Assembly (NCBI GenBank): GCA_043228905.1
Contig: JBHGNT010000008.1
Location: forward strand, 4,092,001 to 4,156,000
DNA length: 64,000 nt
Direction: 5' to 3'
From: Azolla caroliniana
Taxonomy: Eukaryota; Plantae; Polypodiophyta
In this document: piece after piece, positions 39,901 through 53,350 of the stretch
How the letters are laid out: every line of letters begins with the position of its first letter
Numbering within the stretch: position 1 is the first letter of the stretch
The notes under the pieces: generated by a model
The model's database searches: none
The model's input: the letters and a program-made list of their open reading frames with translations, nothing else
What the model was told of the DNA's origin: nothing
Translations under genes and position numbers: made by a program

Positions 39901-41744
39901 GAACTGATGGAAGGGCTGGAAAAACATGAACTCTCTGCTGTCCCAAATCTGAAAATCAGAATAACGCATGACAAAGTCTTAGAAGCTCTTTACGTGTAAC
40001 ATATGCATCATATACAGGCGTGCAATTGAGTTGAAAGTTCAAATTTAAATAGTTCACCAATGCTAGAGAATAATTGCGTCCTATTTGATACAGTTAGCCA
40101 ACCAAAAATAATGGGACTCAAAAAGTTACTTACTAGCCAAATTTCTTAAATGCCACTTTCTTGAATTTTAGAAAACAAACTCAGGCTTCCCATGCACAAG
40201 CACAAACATTTACAGAGCCTCAATATAACAAATTAGTATAGGTAAATCATGGTCAATGCCATCAGTGAATTTATGAAATAGCATCCTTATAGAGGTTGAG
40301 TTGTGTATCCGCTAGTCACAATTCTTGGGTCAACCCTTTCATTCTGCTATCAACTTTTTTATTCTATTTCTAATGGCAGTAGTAGCATCCGATCTTCTTC
40401 TTTATGGAGTCTTCAGACTTCAAAGCCATGCTTGGGCTTAACAGAACCTCACCCTTGGCAATGAAGGAAAACCCAGATGGGTAAGAAGTGCTTCATCTTT
40501 GTACTTCTCATAAAACACGAGAAGAGAAAGATATCATTATATATTTATAAAAGATATAAATATTCTCCATACAACCAACCATTTCCTGTATAGTTATACA
40601 TTATCTCTGCTAACATAGGATTTTCCCATGACCTGACCAGCTGATGGATCTTGTAAGAAAACCAAGCCAGCAAACAACTATCACAACAAACATGTTAAAG
40701 TTAAAAAGGCATATACAAGATCATTTATTTGAATAGAATTTAGAATGTTCCTAAAAATATACAATCATGGTTCAAAATCTAATAGTGAAGGACTAAACGT
40801 TGACCTGTCTCATCCGGATGAGTTTCTGATGCACTTTGGTACTTATCATCCTGCCCAATATTGCAAAACAAGAATCTTTCTGAGGAACTATTTTAGATGT
40901 CTCATTATTCTAGTAATCAGGCTAGCTCATTACGACTTGATGCTAACTTGCCAATACAGCACAATTTCACACAAACATAACTTGGTGAATTTATCAATCT
41001 GGACAATCTTGGCAAGGTGATTCATGAACTGATCATTACAGTATATATACATACATTTCATTACATATAAATTTACAAATATTCTTACATATAAATATAC
41101 ATGCATAATACTTGTACTAGATTGATTACTTTAAGGTATTGATAAAGCATTTAAAAGTTATGCAATTCCCTAATCAGGATACAGTCAAATACCTCAATTT
41201 TGACTTCCCTAAATGCTAACCCAAAGCACTATAAGCCTATTTTTGTTAAAATTATGGTTTCGATAAATATTTGTTTAAAATGAGTACAAGAAGTACATAT
41301 ACACATACGCATGTACGAATGTTTGTATTATATGTATGTAGTGTATGTGTGCAATGTATGTATATTTGTATTATACGTACTGTACGTGCATATATGTATG
41401 TGTGCATACCTCTTCCGGGCGATTATACAAGCTGAATAGGTTCTGGAGATGCTCTTCATCATGGTAAACAATTTGATCGGGGAAGTTTTCTTCATCTACG
41501 GAACACATCCAACCCGACAAGTTATGGAGAGAACGGATTCAAGTAAAACAAGGTTTGGCAGCGGTGCAAGAGAACAAGAAGCATCCATGTAAATGGCACC
41601 TTCCTCTGATAGATGATGATCATGCCATTGATGATGATGATGAAGATGAAGGTGTGGGGGGTTCTTCTGCTGCATTTCGTCGCCATTTTGCTGTGCATCG
41701 ATCGCAAATGGGTTCTTCCAGGAGGAGTGATGAGGATGCTGCAT
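33983..41744 (-). CDS. Multi-exon uncharacterised gene; C-terminal region resembles the SPIDR (DUF4502) domain
   Basis: Phase-consistent 3' exons 37222-37133, 36084-35957, 35904-35759, 34457-34366 and 34104-33983 encode GFTGRLQKILDRERND...CMELKICDKSLEARFAACVC...LTVIFN...ELEVGSIIRLYPPW. 5' exons lie near 41410+, 40850-40805, 39948-39872, 39775-39662 and 39563-39397. The first, middle and terminal exons are unresolved. Confidence 0.7.
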
Positions 41745-42189
41745 ATTGCTTTCTACTCAAACATCTCTTTCTACGCATTCTTCTTTCACAAATTACATAC
41801 ATATTATGAACCATACGCACCATACGTGCATTCGCGTTCTCATTCGAGAATGTTTCTACCATTCGCGTACGGTAAACACCCTCCATAGTATGGTAAATAG
41901 TACTGACAGTATGTAGCATACTTTTGTATTCATTGTTTATTTTGAGGTAAGAAAATTAAGGTTAAAAGTGTAATAATAATAATAATAATAACATACGAAT
42001 GTTTTGATAACATACACATTCGTTTTCGTTCATATGAAAAAGAATATTTGCCAATGCATTCAAGTATATTACGTACTATGCTTACATACAACCTGGCCCA
42101 AGGATTCTCTAACCCGGGCCAATCCTTCCATGATATTACTAACTGTTATGTGCTGTATATTTTTCTCAAAGTATCGAGTACATACTTTA

Positions 42190-42307
42190 CTATTGTCTTC
42201 GAAGGTCAAATATGACCCTACGAGACCAAAAATATTACACTTCACATAATATATGTGAACATGAGTAGCGACTCTCGATGTCCAAGAACTTTAGAGAGAG
42301 AGAGAGA
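42190..42307 (-). repeat. Copy of the GGTCAAATATGACC / GAGACCAAA repeat family
   Basis: Aligns by eye with 26345-26450 and abuts a (GA)n run. Confidence 0.7.
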
Positions 42308-43324
42308 TGCGAATGGGTATAATCTGCATTCAAGAGTACATTCCAACTATTCATGCATTCAAATTGTTGTGGATGGTATTGATGTGCATGTTGTCACAAA
42401 ACATCAATATCAAAATTCAAACCTATAACCTCCAAACGAGAATTAACAAATATGCATTTCATATTATTTTTAGTTAAGAGTTATGTGGCACTATACACAA
42501 TGGACGATCACCAAATGGCATGCATGCATGTATGCCAAGTGGTAATCATGCGTCATCCCATGTATACTATGTAAGTGGAAGATCTGCTTATTATTGAACC
42601 ACTCAAGTTCAACGTCAGGCTTCAACACCTTTGTCATCTTGGTCTTTAGGTAATACAAATTCTTGTATTCTTGTTTTGTTATTATCTTATCTTCGGAATC
42701 AACATCCTCTTCGAAGCTTCGGTCTATGAGCATTGCATATAATCTACATTCAGATCATGCATCACAATAACTTATTGGAAAGCTCCCCAAACAAGACCAA
42801 AACACACGTGGAAGATTACAAAGAGGTGCTCGTTTGCTAAGAGGCAGTTGCCAATATGTGAGACTTAAAAGGTAAAAAGTTTGTATTGTGATAGTTTGAC
42901 ATTAACTTCAAGGACTTTAATGTTGATTGTTGCAAAAATTGTGGGTGTATTTTGCCATCCATTGAACAAGAGGCTAGAGCCATGATCTCTAACTTTTTAT
43001 TTAGGTCCTGTGATTTTTTAAGTTTTTGGTGACTAGAGTTTTCATATCTAAAACTTTGAGATTTTGATCTCTGAATATGTATTACTAAAAAAATTTATGG
43101 TGGTTGAAATTTTTTAGGGTCTTAACGTTTTTGTGGTTGAAATTTTTATGGCAGCCAAAATTTTAAAATCGTTTCAATATGAAGACCTCATTATCTTTGA
43201 AGATTTTGGTTTTGCAAAATATGTGTGATCTTTGAAGCTTTTTGTGAGATCTTTGAAGTTTCGTGTCTCTTCAAAAAGAAAATTGGTGGCTGAATTTTTT
43301 ATGTTGGCTAAAACTTTTATGGTG

Positions 43325-44343
43325 ACAGGATAAGCTACGAGGAGGGTTCCTTGATCCCAAGAGGTAGGAAAACACTAGAGAGGATCGCAAGCTCTGAATT
43401 GCAAGACAATGAGACACCAACACAGAATAAGGCAATTTGAGTACTAGCGTATACTGGGCATAAATGGATTGTAGATCCTGATCCTGTCAAAGTACAACCA
43501 GATTAGCACATATGTACTCATGAAAACACATGGCTACGTAAGGTTAGTTGGGACCCTTTGCAATGGACATGACCTGATCCTTACGCGGGGCAAGGAAGCA
43601 AACCCATCCCTTTCTTTCAACAACACTCACGGCGAATCACCACTTTCCAATGGTTGTTAATACATAGGTCACTACCGGTTGGTGCATGGTAGCGTGGGAA
43701 CCTTACCTCTCCTAATTGTGTAGTGTGCCCAAATGCAATAGAATCAATCCGGCACGCTTTGTGGGACTACCCAGAGGCCCATCGAATATGGCAGGGGGTT
43801 GGCCGCTTATTGCAATTATGCCAGGTGCAAGGCTTAATCACATGGGGAAATATATGTTGGCTATCATGGCAGGCCCCAATTGACCGATATGAGCATCAAG
43901 AGGGGATGGCTTTGGTGATAAACGCACAAGAGATTTTTTTCTCCACTATCGACAATGTCCACTTAACTCCTATTAATGGCAAATCTCAAGTTGTGTTGGA
44001 ATTGGTTAGCCTAATAACTCTTTGGACTCTATGGAAACAAGGGTGTAGACGGGTCTTCTCCAACCAAACCACACAATCATCCGTGTTAATGCAAGAGATA
44101 TGGAGTGGAGTTGTAGCCGTAGCCACTCTAAAAAGCCAATATGATGGCCTCAAGGGCAACTCCGATGGAGTTGAAAGACAATGACTAGCCTTCATCTAGC
44201 AATGGTCGACCTCCACATAAGATGGGCATCCACATAAGATGGACTCATCGCATCCCTATAGGGATTTGTATATATTAATCTCATATGTAAAATTTTATAA
44301 CTAATGGAAGGAGTTTTTTTTTTTGGGGGGGGGGGGGGGGGGG
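43325..44343 (+). mobile_element. 5'-truncated L1-like LINE (zf-RVT region) with 13-bp TSD
   Basis: FQWLLIHRSLPVG.W....CVVCPNAIESIRHALWDYP...LWTLWK. TSD AACTTTTATGGTG at 43312-43324 and 44344-44356; tail T11G19. Confidence 0.85.
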
Positions 44344-46616
44344 AACTTTTATGGTGGATGAAATCTAAGAAGGTTAGGTGGTTTTAATTATCTGTGATTT
44401 TTTTATTTAGATTTGGTGATTTTTGAAGTTTTTGGTGAGTGGAGCTTTTATATCTAAAACTCGGATATTTTGATCTCAAAATATGTTTTTGAAATGTTTG
44501 GTGACCTTTGAAGTTTCTAGTCTCTTTAGAAATTTCAATTGGCTTAGATGCAAGTAGCAGGGTTACAAACTTGGGTAGGGTTAGTTGGGTTAGAAAGGCG
44601 AGGCCGTGTTAGAAAAAAGTAAACTAGGCTAACAACTTTGGGTTGGGTTAGACATGAATGATGCAAGGACAAAGCCGTCTTAGAAATTTCATTAGCCCGG
44701 GTTAGACATGACAGATGCTAGATAAAGTCAAGTTAGTTATGGGTGCACACTTGTGGACAATGATAAGACGGTGCAAATTGCATGGGGTTGTTAAAATGCA
44801 CCTTCCACCATCTGTGATCGTGATTCCCTCACCAAGCTTCTTTATTATTTGGTTGCAAATAGACACAAGCAACACACACACACAGATACATGCATACATA
44901 TATCTTGTATATTTATAAATGCATGTGTGGTTGTGTGCAATATATGTGCATATGTATGTAATTGCAAGTATGTATCTATGTATGTAGTATGTGTGTAAAG
45001 GTGTCTTGCTAGGCAAAGCATATATTTTAGGATACTAAATATAAAACATAGTCTTACTTTCACAACTAATGAAGTCGGAACCCATAACAACTTGATTCCA
45101 TTCTGGATTTAACAAAAAAAAAGAAAAACTTTTCTTGTCCTTCATTTTCATTATTTCAAGAAATCAGTAAGATCCCCATGCTTCATTGGCCCATATTGCT
45201 CAAGGAGAATACCAATAGTTGGAGAGGGAAAATCCTAAACTTATTATATGATAAGCCCATTGATCTAGTTTTAGCAAGTCAACACTTGCGCTCCATGGGA
45301 CAAACCTTCGTTGGACACCAAACCTTCAAGAACGGAATGGTTTGGTATCCAATTACACTACACAACGCCAACGATGATGAAAACGTAAACTCTCAACCAT
45401 TTAATATCCTTGGCATGATATTAATTTATTGTTGATATGTTGTTAGTTTATGTAAATCATAGCTTTTGATCTGAATTAGTATGGTTAATCGATATCATGT
45501 ATTACTTCTTATAAAACATGATTCACGCCTCTTTTTTCATACATAACTGAATTTGGAGGATGGTTTATTAATATGTTATAGTTTACAAGAATAAATGCAT
45601 TAAGCGTTGATTAATTGCACTAATTTGATGTCGATTATCTTTGTGAAAAAATAATTGTCAATGTTTTTAATGGCTTTAGAAATGTCATTTACGAGAACAC
45701 CATGGACATCTATGTTACCAATATATTGGGGTTCTCTCACTTATGTGAGAACTACTATCCTATGATTGACAATGCTAACAATCAATTAGCTCATGGTAGA
45801 AACCTCAAATTTGAGAGCAGCGCACAATGTGATAGATAGCCTTCATTTAGAGCTTGCATCCCATTCAAAAGAGAACTTTGAAGGCTGTAATGTGCTTTAG
45901 CCACCACTAAATGGAGACAATCCTTCAAGGGAGATTCTATTTTCCCAAGAGAACACCATCCCTAGAACAAGAAATATGACAATGTTAAGAGTTAGATTGG
46001 ATCCATTCTTAAAAAATTATTCTTGACATTGTATTTTCCCTAGAGGACACTATCCCTAGAGCAAGAAATATATGAAGATGTTAAGAGTTAGTTGGACCCA
46101 TTATTACAACTTCATTAATTTTTTTTACTAGATTCTTGATAACTCATCTTTAATTATGAGCACATATATGAATTACCCTAGCCTTCTTTTAATTAAACCC
46201 ATTGCATTCATTTAGGTACAATTACATTACCCTAGCCTTCTATTCATTAAACCTGTTTTGCACTCTTGCTATATAATAACACAACAATAAAATAGAAAAA
46301 AAATTGTTTTGTAATTTCTGGACATATCCAAACCTATTTCAAAAGAGCTAACCCAAATCTCTAATAAAGCCGAGCATTCTAAATCCTACAAAAAAAATAT
46401 CCCCTGAACTAGTCCAAACATATTTGCACTTCTTGATAGAGACAAACATGTCAATGTAAAGAAATGGATCATTTTGGACATGTGTAAGCAAAAAAAAAGT
46501 CATTTATTGACTTCGGACCATACAATATGAGAGCAAGAGGACTCCTCAAGATATCAACAAGCTTCCAGTGTTTAAGCATTGTCAAAATATATGTATCATA
46601 ATATACAAGATGAGAG

Positions 46617-49600
46617 TTAGTGTTGAGTGGTAAGGGTTTGTACAACAGTGTTGTGCCAAGGGTCAGACAAGTGAGTCAAGAGATTGTCAATGGGTCCAAC
46701 GTTCGTCAAATATGCTTGAATCACAAAACCAACCATTGCCACCATTGCCAACCTTCCTACAAATATATCAATGTCAACAAACAGAATCAGCAAATTAATT
46801 ATTTATCGACACTAAACATGCCAAGCTATAATATGGTAAGAAATAACACATCACCATTTTTTATCTCCTTTTCTTTTAATGTCTTGAAATTCCCTGCACC
46901 AACACCCATACCCAATCCAAACGGATTGAAAATCGGCCCACCAGGATACCTATAGTTCGACATGTTTGAACTTTAGCCTGAAGCAGAAGATATGAGCTAA
47001 TTGTGGATAATCATATCATTATATGATATAGTGGGGCTACCACCAAAGCACCCCCCAACTAGTTGGGTATTTAGTAGAATAGCCCTAGCAAAAATTACCA
47101 GAATACCTCTAATTTTGTACAACAGAGGGTTATTCTGGTAAATTCCCAACAAGCAAGGTGTATTACAATTCATACCCTGGTTCTAACCCTCGTAGCACTG
47201 GTTCTAAGCCAAAAAATGAGTCCTCTGTTCCCTGTGAATGAGGTACCTTAATGTCCATGTACCGTTTCGTCTCCACAAACCTGAAGTGTAAGCAAAAGAT
47301 TACATGAGTGAAAACTAGTTTTTGGGGACAGAAATTAATTGATAAATCAATAGGCATGTTACCCCATCAAAATGAGTTGTACAAAGAAAAGTGATTGTGT
47401 ATCTGCAAAGTCAAATTTACTTGCTCCCGCTTCATACCACACAGGAAGATCCTTCAGCCCTGTCGTCCTCAAAACCTGTATAAATTGGGGGAAACAAATA
47501 GAAATTATTTGCCCAAATTCACACGGCATTACACATAATATTTGCTAAATGTAAGCTGAATATAGTGAAATTTTAAACGATTATCCTGATTTCCTATGCT
47601 CTTGCTTCCTAATGCACATAGATAACCTGTGCATTTTTACATATCTAATCAACCTGCCGACTAGAGATTAAGGAAGTTCAAGTATCTAGCACGAACGTTA
47701 CTGAGCTGTTCAGGTTAATCTATGGTATCATATAAAACCGTGGCCCTAGTATAAGGGGTAGTATCAACTCTATTCATGGTGTTTTTAAAAAGTATATGCT
47801 AAGTTAATAGACTTAATCATTAGTTTTATTCCTAATGAGGAGCTGGTCTTACGTACATCTGTGTAAAGGATGCCGGCAACACCAGCCATTGCAAAGCGAG
47901 CATGAATTAATTCAGCCTGTATATACCATTTCAGAGATTCCGGATCTTTGCCAAGTTCCAAAGGATCAAACCCGAAATCTCCTGGAAGACTACATCATTA
48001 TTTTCATTAAAGAGTATAATTTAAAACCACATCCCATCAGTTCTCTCTCTCTCTCTCTCTCTCTCTCCACATACACATACACATTCCTCTCAGAGTCACA
48101 ATATGCACTATGAATTGTAACTTTCATTAGTAAAATTCTTAAATATAGAGAGTCACAACTCAATTCCATACATAATGTGAAAGGTTCCGTAGTTCATACT
48201 CTTCCTCCAAGGACGATAATGAAATATCTCTCTCTCTCTCTAGTTTGGTCTTCTAGGTCATTTTGACCTCGTAAAGGACATTATTAGATCTTTCTTTCTT
48301 CTCGGAGTAACAGATCTTTCTTTCCTCTAGGATATGCACATATATAATTCCAAGAACCGTGAACAAAATAGTGGTTGTTTGATACAGTTGTAATACCAAC
48401 TCTTCTCTATGGAATGGAGATTGAGCCTTCATTAAACAGATTTGGAGAGACCTTTAGTCTCAATTATATAATCTAGGCAGAGATGGCAGCTACCCCATTA
48501 GTGATCGAAGCATTTTCCGATTAGTGATTAGTACCCAACAGATTGGAGATCTCCCTAAGAAAAAGTACTCAAGATTGGAAAACAGCTTGCGGAACATGGA
48601 CATAATCAGATGCTGAAATGCAAGAATGGGTCCAAAAAGCAATGGGCCCGGTTCGGTTTCGGTTCGGTTCAGTTTCTTGGCCTTGAAACCAAACCAAACC
48701 ATTTATTTATAATAAAAACCAAACCAAACTGTTTACGAAAATTTTAGAACCAAACCAAACTGGTTTATCATAAATCAAAACCAAACCAAATCATTTTTTT
48801 GAGATATTGATTATCATACATATTATGAATCTATGTGAGAAAATCATCATAAACTTGGTCATCATACTTATCATAAATTTAGTTATCACACTTATTATAA
48901 ATTTGGTCATCAAACCTGTCATAAATTTAGTCATCATACATATTATAATTTTGGTCATCATACTTATCATAAATTTGATAATCATACATCAAAAGGACAC
49001 TCTACTTATAATGTATATAAAATTTAATAAGTTAGAACCTAGAGGTTTAAAATTAAAAGTTGAAAGTTACCCTAGAGGTGAAAATTTAGGAATATTTTTT
49101 AACCTATAAACCTTTAAACCTTTAAACCTTTAAACCTTTAAACCAAACCACATAAACCGAAACCGCTAAACCATGAAATTCAAAACCAAACCAAACCGGA
49201 TGATAACATTTGAAACCAAACCAAACGGTTTATTTATTTTTGAACCAATAAACCGTTAAGCCACGGTTTAACGGTTCAGTTTGGTTTGAGCCGAAACCGG
49301 ACCCATTGCTAGGTCCAAATACAGCATAACTACCCCCATTCCAATATAGCTTGGACTGTCTACACCTAAACATGATCAAATTGCGAAAGAATAAAATAGT
49401 TCAAATAATATCATTAAATTGGAAAATGAAGGAATATGGATTAGGCCCACGATATCCCTTGGTAGGAAGATGCCCAAATATAAAGCCCTCTTTTTACACA
49501 CATTGTAGGATGAATTTATCGCTAGGCCTTCTTATATCGATACACATTTATGTCAGGCACTACACAATGTCATATGGCAGCTCCGAACCTCTTCACATCA

Positions 49601-52600
49601 CAGTGTCATATCTACGTAACTTGTAAGTGCCTAGAGAACTATTTAGCACATTGTATTTAATTATATTTATTTTGGTTCATTTTTCTTAAAGACAAGACAA
49701 CAACTGAAGATGTAATTGCTTGTTCAGTCTTATAGGCCCTTTTAGCCTCTTCTAAGATGTTAATATATCTCTCTATCTTTCTTTCTTTCATCCCATAAAT
49801 AGTAGTTAAACCATCTCAAAAATAACAACCAATTGTAAAACCACTTCGTGCAATAAGATCATTATTATAGATCTATAAGAAACCTGTATTTGTATCATAA
49901 CGTAAAGATACCGATATTTGTATTCATGGTTTGTCTAAAAGGCTGATTTTGGTGGCTAGTAGACATTAATGTTTCTTTCTTTTTCTCTCTCGTTTAGTGT
50001 CATAGGCCACATTGGTCAGTTAAAATATATTAATATCTCTCACTCTACACACATCGGAGGATGGATTCATCATCAGGCCACCTTATATGGGCATACATCT
50101 ATCCTATGCACTGCGCAGTATTATAGGGCAGCTGCAAACTTGATTACATCAGTTAAAGATTGAGGTAGGCAGATATACACAAATACCTCTAGAAGAAAGA
50201 ATTTGCCAATTGTGTTATCAAAAAGTGGAATCCGAAGAACACTATGTCTGTCACTGTACTGATTTATGAAATAAGAGGGAGATACCATTGCCTCAAGGCT
50301 TTGGCCCACTACACAAGGTAATGGAATATGAGAACCAATGATGCCTAGGACTTTTCTTGCTAGAACTCAAGAGACATAGGGAAAAGTTGTTGAAGGACAA
50401 TAGTACAGCCACACAAGCTCATCCACAAAGAACAATCACAACTTTCTTTAGCCCCATCGCTCCTACTAATGCTACAAATCAATCAAGGGATACACAAATG
50501 GGTCTCAACTAGGACATAACAAAGGGGTTACAATAGATCCGGCAATAGTAATTTGTCATGCACGTAGGCCCCAGCCCCATGGACCTTGACCTCAGCACCC
50601 TTGTCCTCGACAAATAAAGGCCATTATCTCCTGCCATCGCAAGTGCTTCCCTTGCTTTGGAAACCTCTCCATTCTGGATTGACTTATGCTAAAGATCTTT
50701 CGAAGACAGAAGTTATAATATATCTAACTTGAGAAGCTCACCTGTGCCGAAAACCAGATTCTTTAGTCTCTTTTTATCTTACTTTTATATTTACTTAATA
50801 ATATTCATTTTATTTTGCTTTGTTGTTATCAAAGACAAGACAACACTTAGGGTGTAATCTCTTGTTTGGTCTTATAGGTCATTTTGGCCTCTTAAAAGAC
50901 ATTAATATATCTTTCTTTCATTCTTTCTTTCGATAGAGTAGAAACATGGGGATCAAGTCTTAACAAGGAAACTAACTCAAAATATTTATAGACACATTTA
51001 TTCTCAATGATTACCCGCATGTTAAGGAGCAAAGCATCAATACCCCATGATATAATCCAGGTAGAGTTGGGAGCAGCCCCTATAATATATACGAACTTAC
51101 GCCTCAGATTTTGACCTTTCTTTCGAGAATTTTTGAGCCACGTTGCTCTTTTATTCTCCCCGACACATAGATATTGTTTTGTTTTTCTTTTCCCTTATTT
51201 CTCCTCCCTCCTTTTACATAAGATGAGCGATCCTTTATAGAGGGTCTCACATGCATTAAGGGCTAACAGCATGTCTCCACTTAGCGTTCATGCTTCAGCT
51301 TATATACAATGATTATATTGATTACATCTTTAAGTATATATTTATTTAACATATAAAATAGTTATCCTAGTGATCTTTACATTTCTTTGTGGAAGAGAAA
51401 TGTTGAACTCGAAACTCACTATTTGCCTTTATATGAAAATAACATTTAAAAATAGATAAATTACTTGCTTTGGAGGTGGTTTCCCATCATATGCCATTGG
51501 CAACACTAACACCATTCCAATATACCTTGGATTGTCCCCATTTAAACATGACCAAAGTGGAAAAGAATAGAGTGATTCGAACTAATATTATTAACTTGGA
51601 AAACAAGATAAAATGGATCAGCCCCAAAATACACTTGGTCGGAAGATGGCCCACAATAAGCCACACTTTTTATACACATCAGAGGATGGATTTATCATCA
51701 GTTCCTATGCGTTGCATAGTGTGATTGGGAAGCTGCAAACTTCATCACATCAGTTAGAAATTGAGATAGGCAGACATGCATGAATACCTCCAGAAGAAAG
51801 CATTTGCCATTTGTTTCCTCAGGAACCAGGACATAACAAAGGGTTACAATAGATCAGGCAATAGCAATTTGCCATGCACATAGGCCCACACCTCATGGAT
51901 CGTGACCTCACCACCTTTATCATTGGCCAAGAAAAGCCATTATCTCCCGCCATCACAAGTCTTACCTCACTTTGGAGACCTCTCCATTCTGAATCAGTCT
52001 ATGCTAGAAATCTTTAGAAGACAAAAAATACAATATATCTGACTTGAGAATCTTGCGTGTATTGATAACAAGATTCTTTAGTCACTTTTTATCTTATTTA
52101 CTTTTTTTTTACTTAGTAACATTTATTTTGGTTTGTTGTTCTCATACACGAGACAACACTTCAGATGTAATCTTTTGTTTAGTCTTATTGGCCATATTGG
52201 CCTCTTAAAAGACGTTAAAAGATGCCCCAGTGATAAACTGAGTCTTTATTAACCCATGGACACTAGGTTCAAATGTCACTAAATGCAATACCATAGATTC
52301 CACTATGGAAGATAGGGGTTGAACACATGATCGTCCTAGTCTACACCGGACAATCTTACTAGCTGAGCTAAAATTGTCTAGGCTCCCTCTCTCACGCGCT
52401 AGTTTAGAGAAACTACATAGTTAAGGTAAATTTTGATTTTTCTTTCTTCTACCTGACTTCTATAAGATTTGCATGGATGTAACATTGGCCTTTTGTTTGA
52501 TCCTCTCCACGGGCTCAACATCATCCCATAGATCTTATTTCAGTTTCCTATTGACAGTAACAATCAATATATCTATCTCGCTCTCAGCAATGTTTTACTG

Positions 52601-53192
52601 CAACCATGCTCCAGGGTTCAAATGTCAAAATTTTCACAAATATGCAAGACGACATTGTGTAACGTGGGTATTGAACGCATGAAGTTCCGATCGTCGTAAA
52701 ACAATCCTACCAATTGAGCTACATCACGCTGAGAGAGATCCTTTTATTTTTTGTAAATCCAAATCCGTCTCCCTATCTATCTCTACACACCTCTGTCTGC
52801 CAACCACAATGTAGAATCTCCATTTTGAAATTCATTACTGGAATTCTCAATTATCACCTCCTCACACACTGCACAAAAATGTTCCAATAGCTCATATTTG
52901 ACCCTCCCAGGAGGAGGATGTCAATGTGCTCAAATCATCTATCTACCTCAAATCACTCATTACAGGCAATGTCCCGTCATTTCATGAGGAATGACAATAA
53001 TAGTTTAAACATAAAAGGATATTTATGATGAGGAGGACTTACGATCCATCGAGATGAGAAGGCGGATTCGAACCGGGAAGCCAAAGAGGTCGATTTATCA
53101 TCTGTTGATCTTCATTAATGAGAGGTACTGATGGCGATGTTGATGGTGGTGGGGATGATGGAGATGCTGTTGATTCTGCTGCTGTTGCTGCT

Positions 53193-53223
<31 letters not shown>

Positions 53224-53350
53224 ATGCCCTGAATATGGTTTTGCAGTTTAAGGACTGGTTGTAGGAGTATTGATGTTTAATGGGATGTACATTAATCTGC
53301 ACTGTCTTGGCCATGCCCATGTAATTGCAGCAACAGGTGGATATGGCCAT
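46617..53350 (-). CDS. LHCA5: Photosystem I light-harvesting chlorophyll a/b protein, Lhca5-type
   Basis: Exons 53350-53043, 47989-47857, 47475-47363, 47281-47176, 46950-46854, 46756-46617 (inner limits +/- a few nt). Sequence [87 protein letters not shown] is the Lhca5 pattern, with a Ser/Ala-rich transit peptide. Confidence 0.92.
48637..49311. mobile_element. Non-autonomous hAT-type element in LHCA5 intron 1
   Basis: TIRs AAGCAATGGGCCCGGTT / AACCGGACCCATTGCTA, 8-bp TSD GGTCCAAA (48629-48636, 49312-49319), dense AAACC(G) subterminal motifs and an internal TCATCATA-type minisatellite. Confidence 0.9.
49330..52220 (+). mobile_element. Several decayed 3' ends of an RTE/RTEX-like LINE in LHCA5 intron 1
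   Basis: [34 protein letters not shown] at about 50148-50260, with a paralogous copy at about 51745-51820. Duplicated 3' blocks at 50515-50930 and 51830-52220; the first ends in a TTTC-rich tail. Confidence 0.7.

Noticed and set aside
40633-40677. Possible small exon (LFAGLVFLQDPSAGQ) of the SPIDR-like gene
   Set aside because: The flanking exons join in phase without it, and that reading does not match the phase-1 junction.
42491-42733. 80-aa minus-strand ORF with coding-like composition
   Set aside because: No recognisable motif or splice context. Possibly a TE remnant, but unsupported.
44560-44710. GGGTTAG-rich stretch as an interstitial telomere
   Set aside because: Scattered degenerate motifs, no tandem TTTAGGG array.
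48791-49109. Ile/Met-rich repetitive ORFs
   Set aside because: Translation of the minisatellite inside the hAT element.
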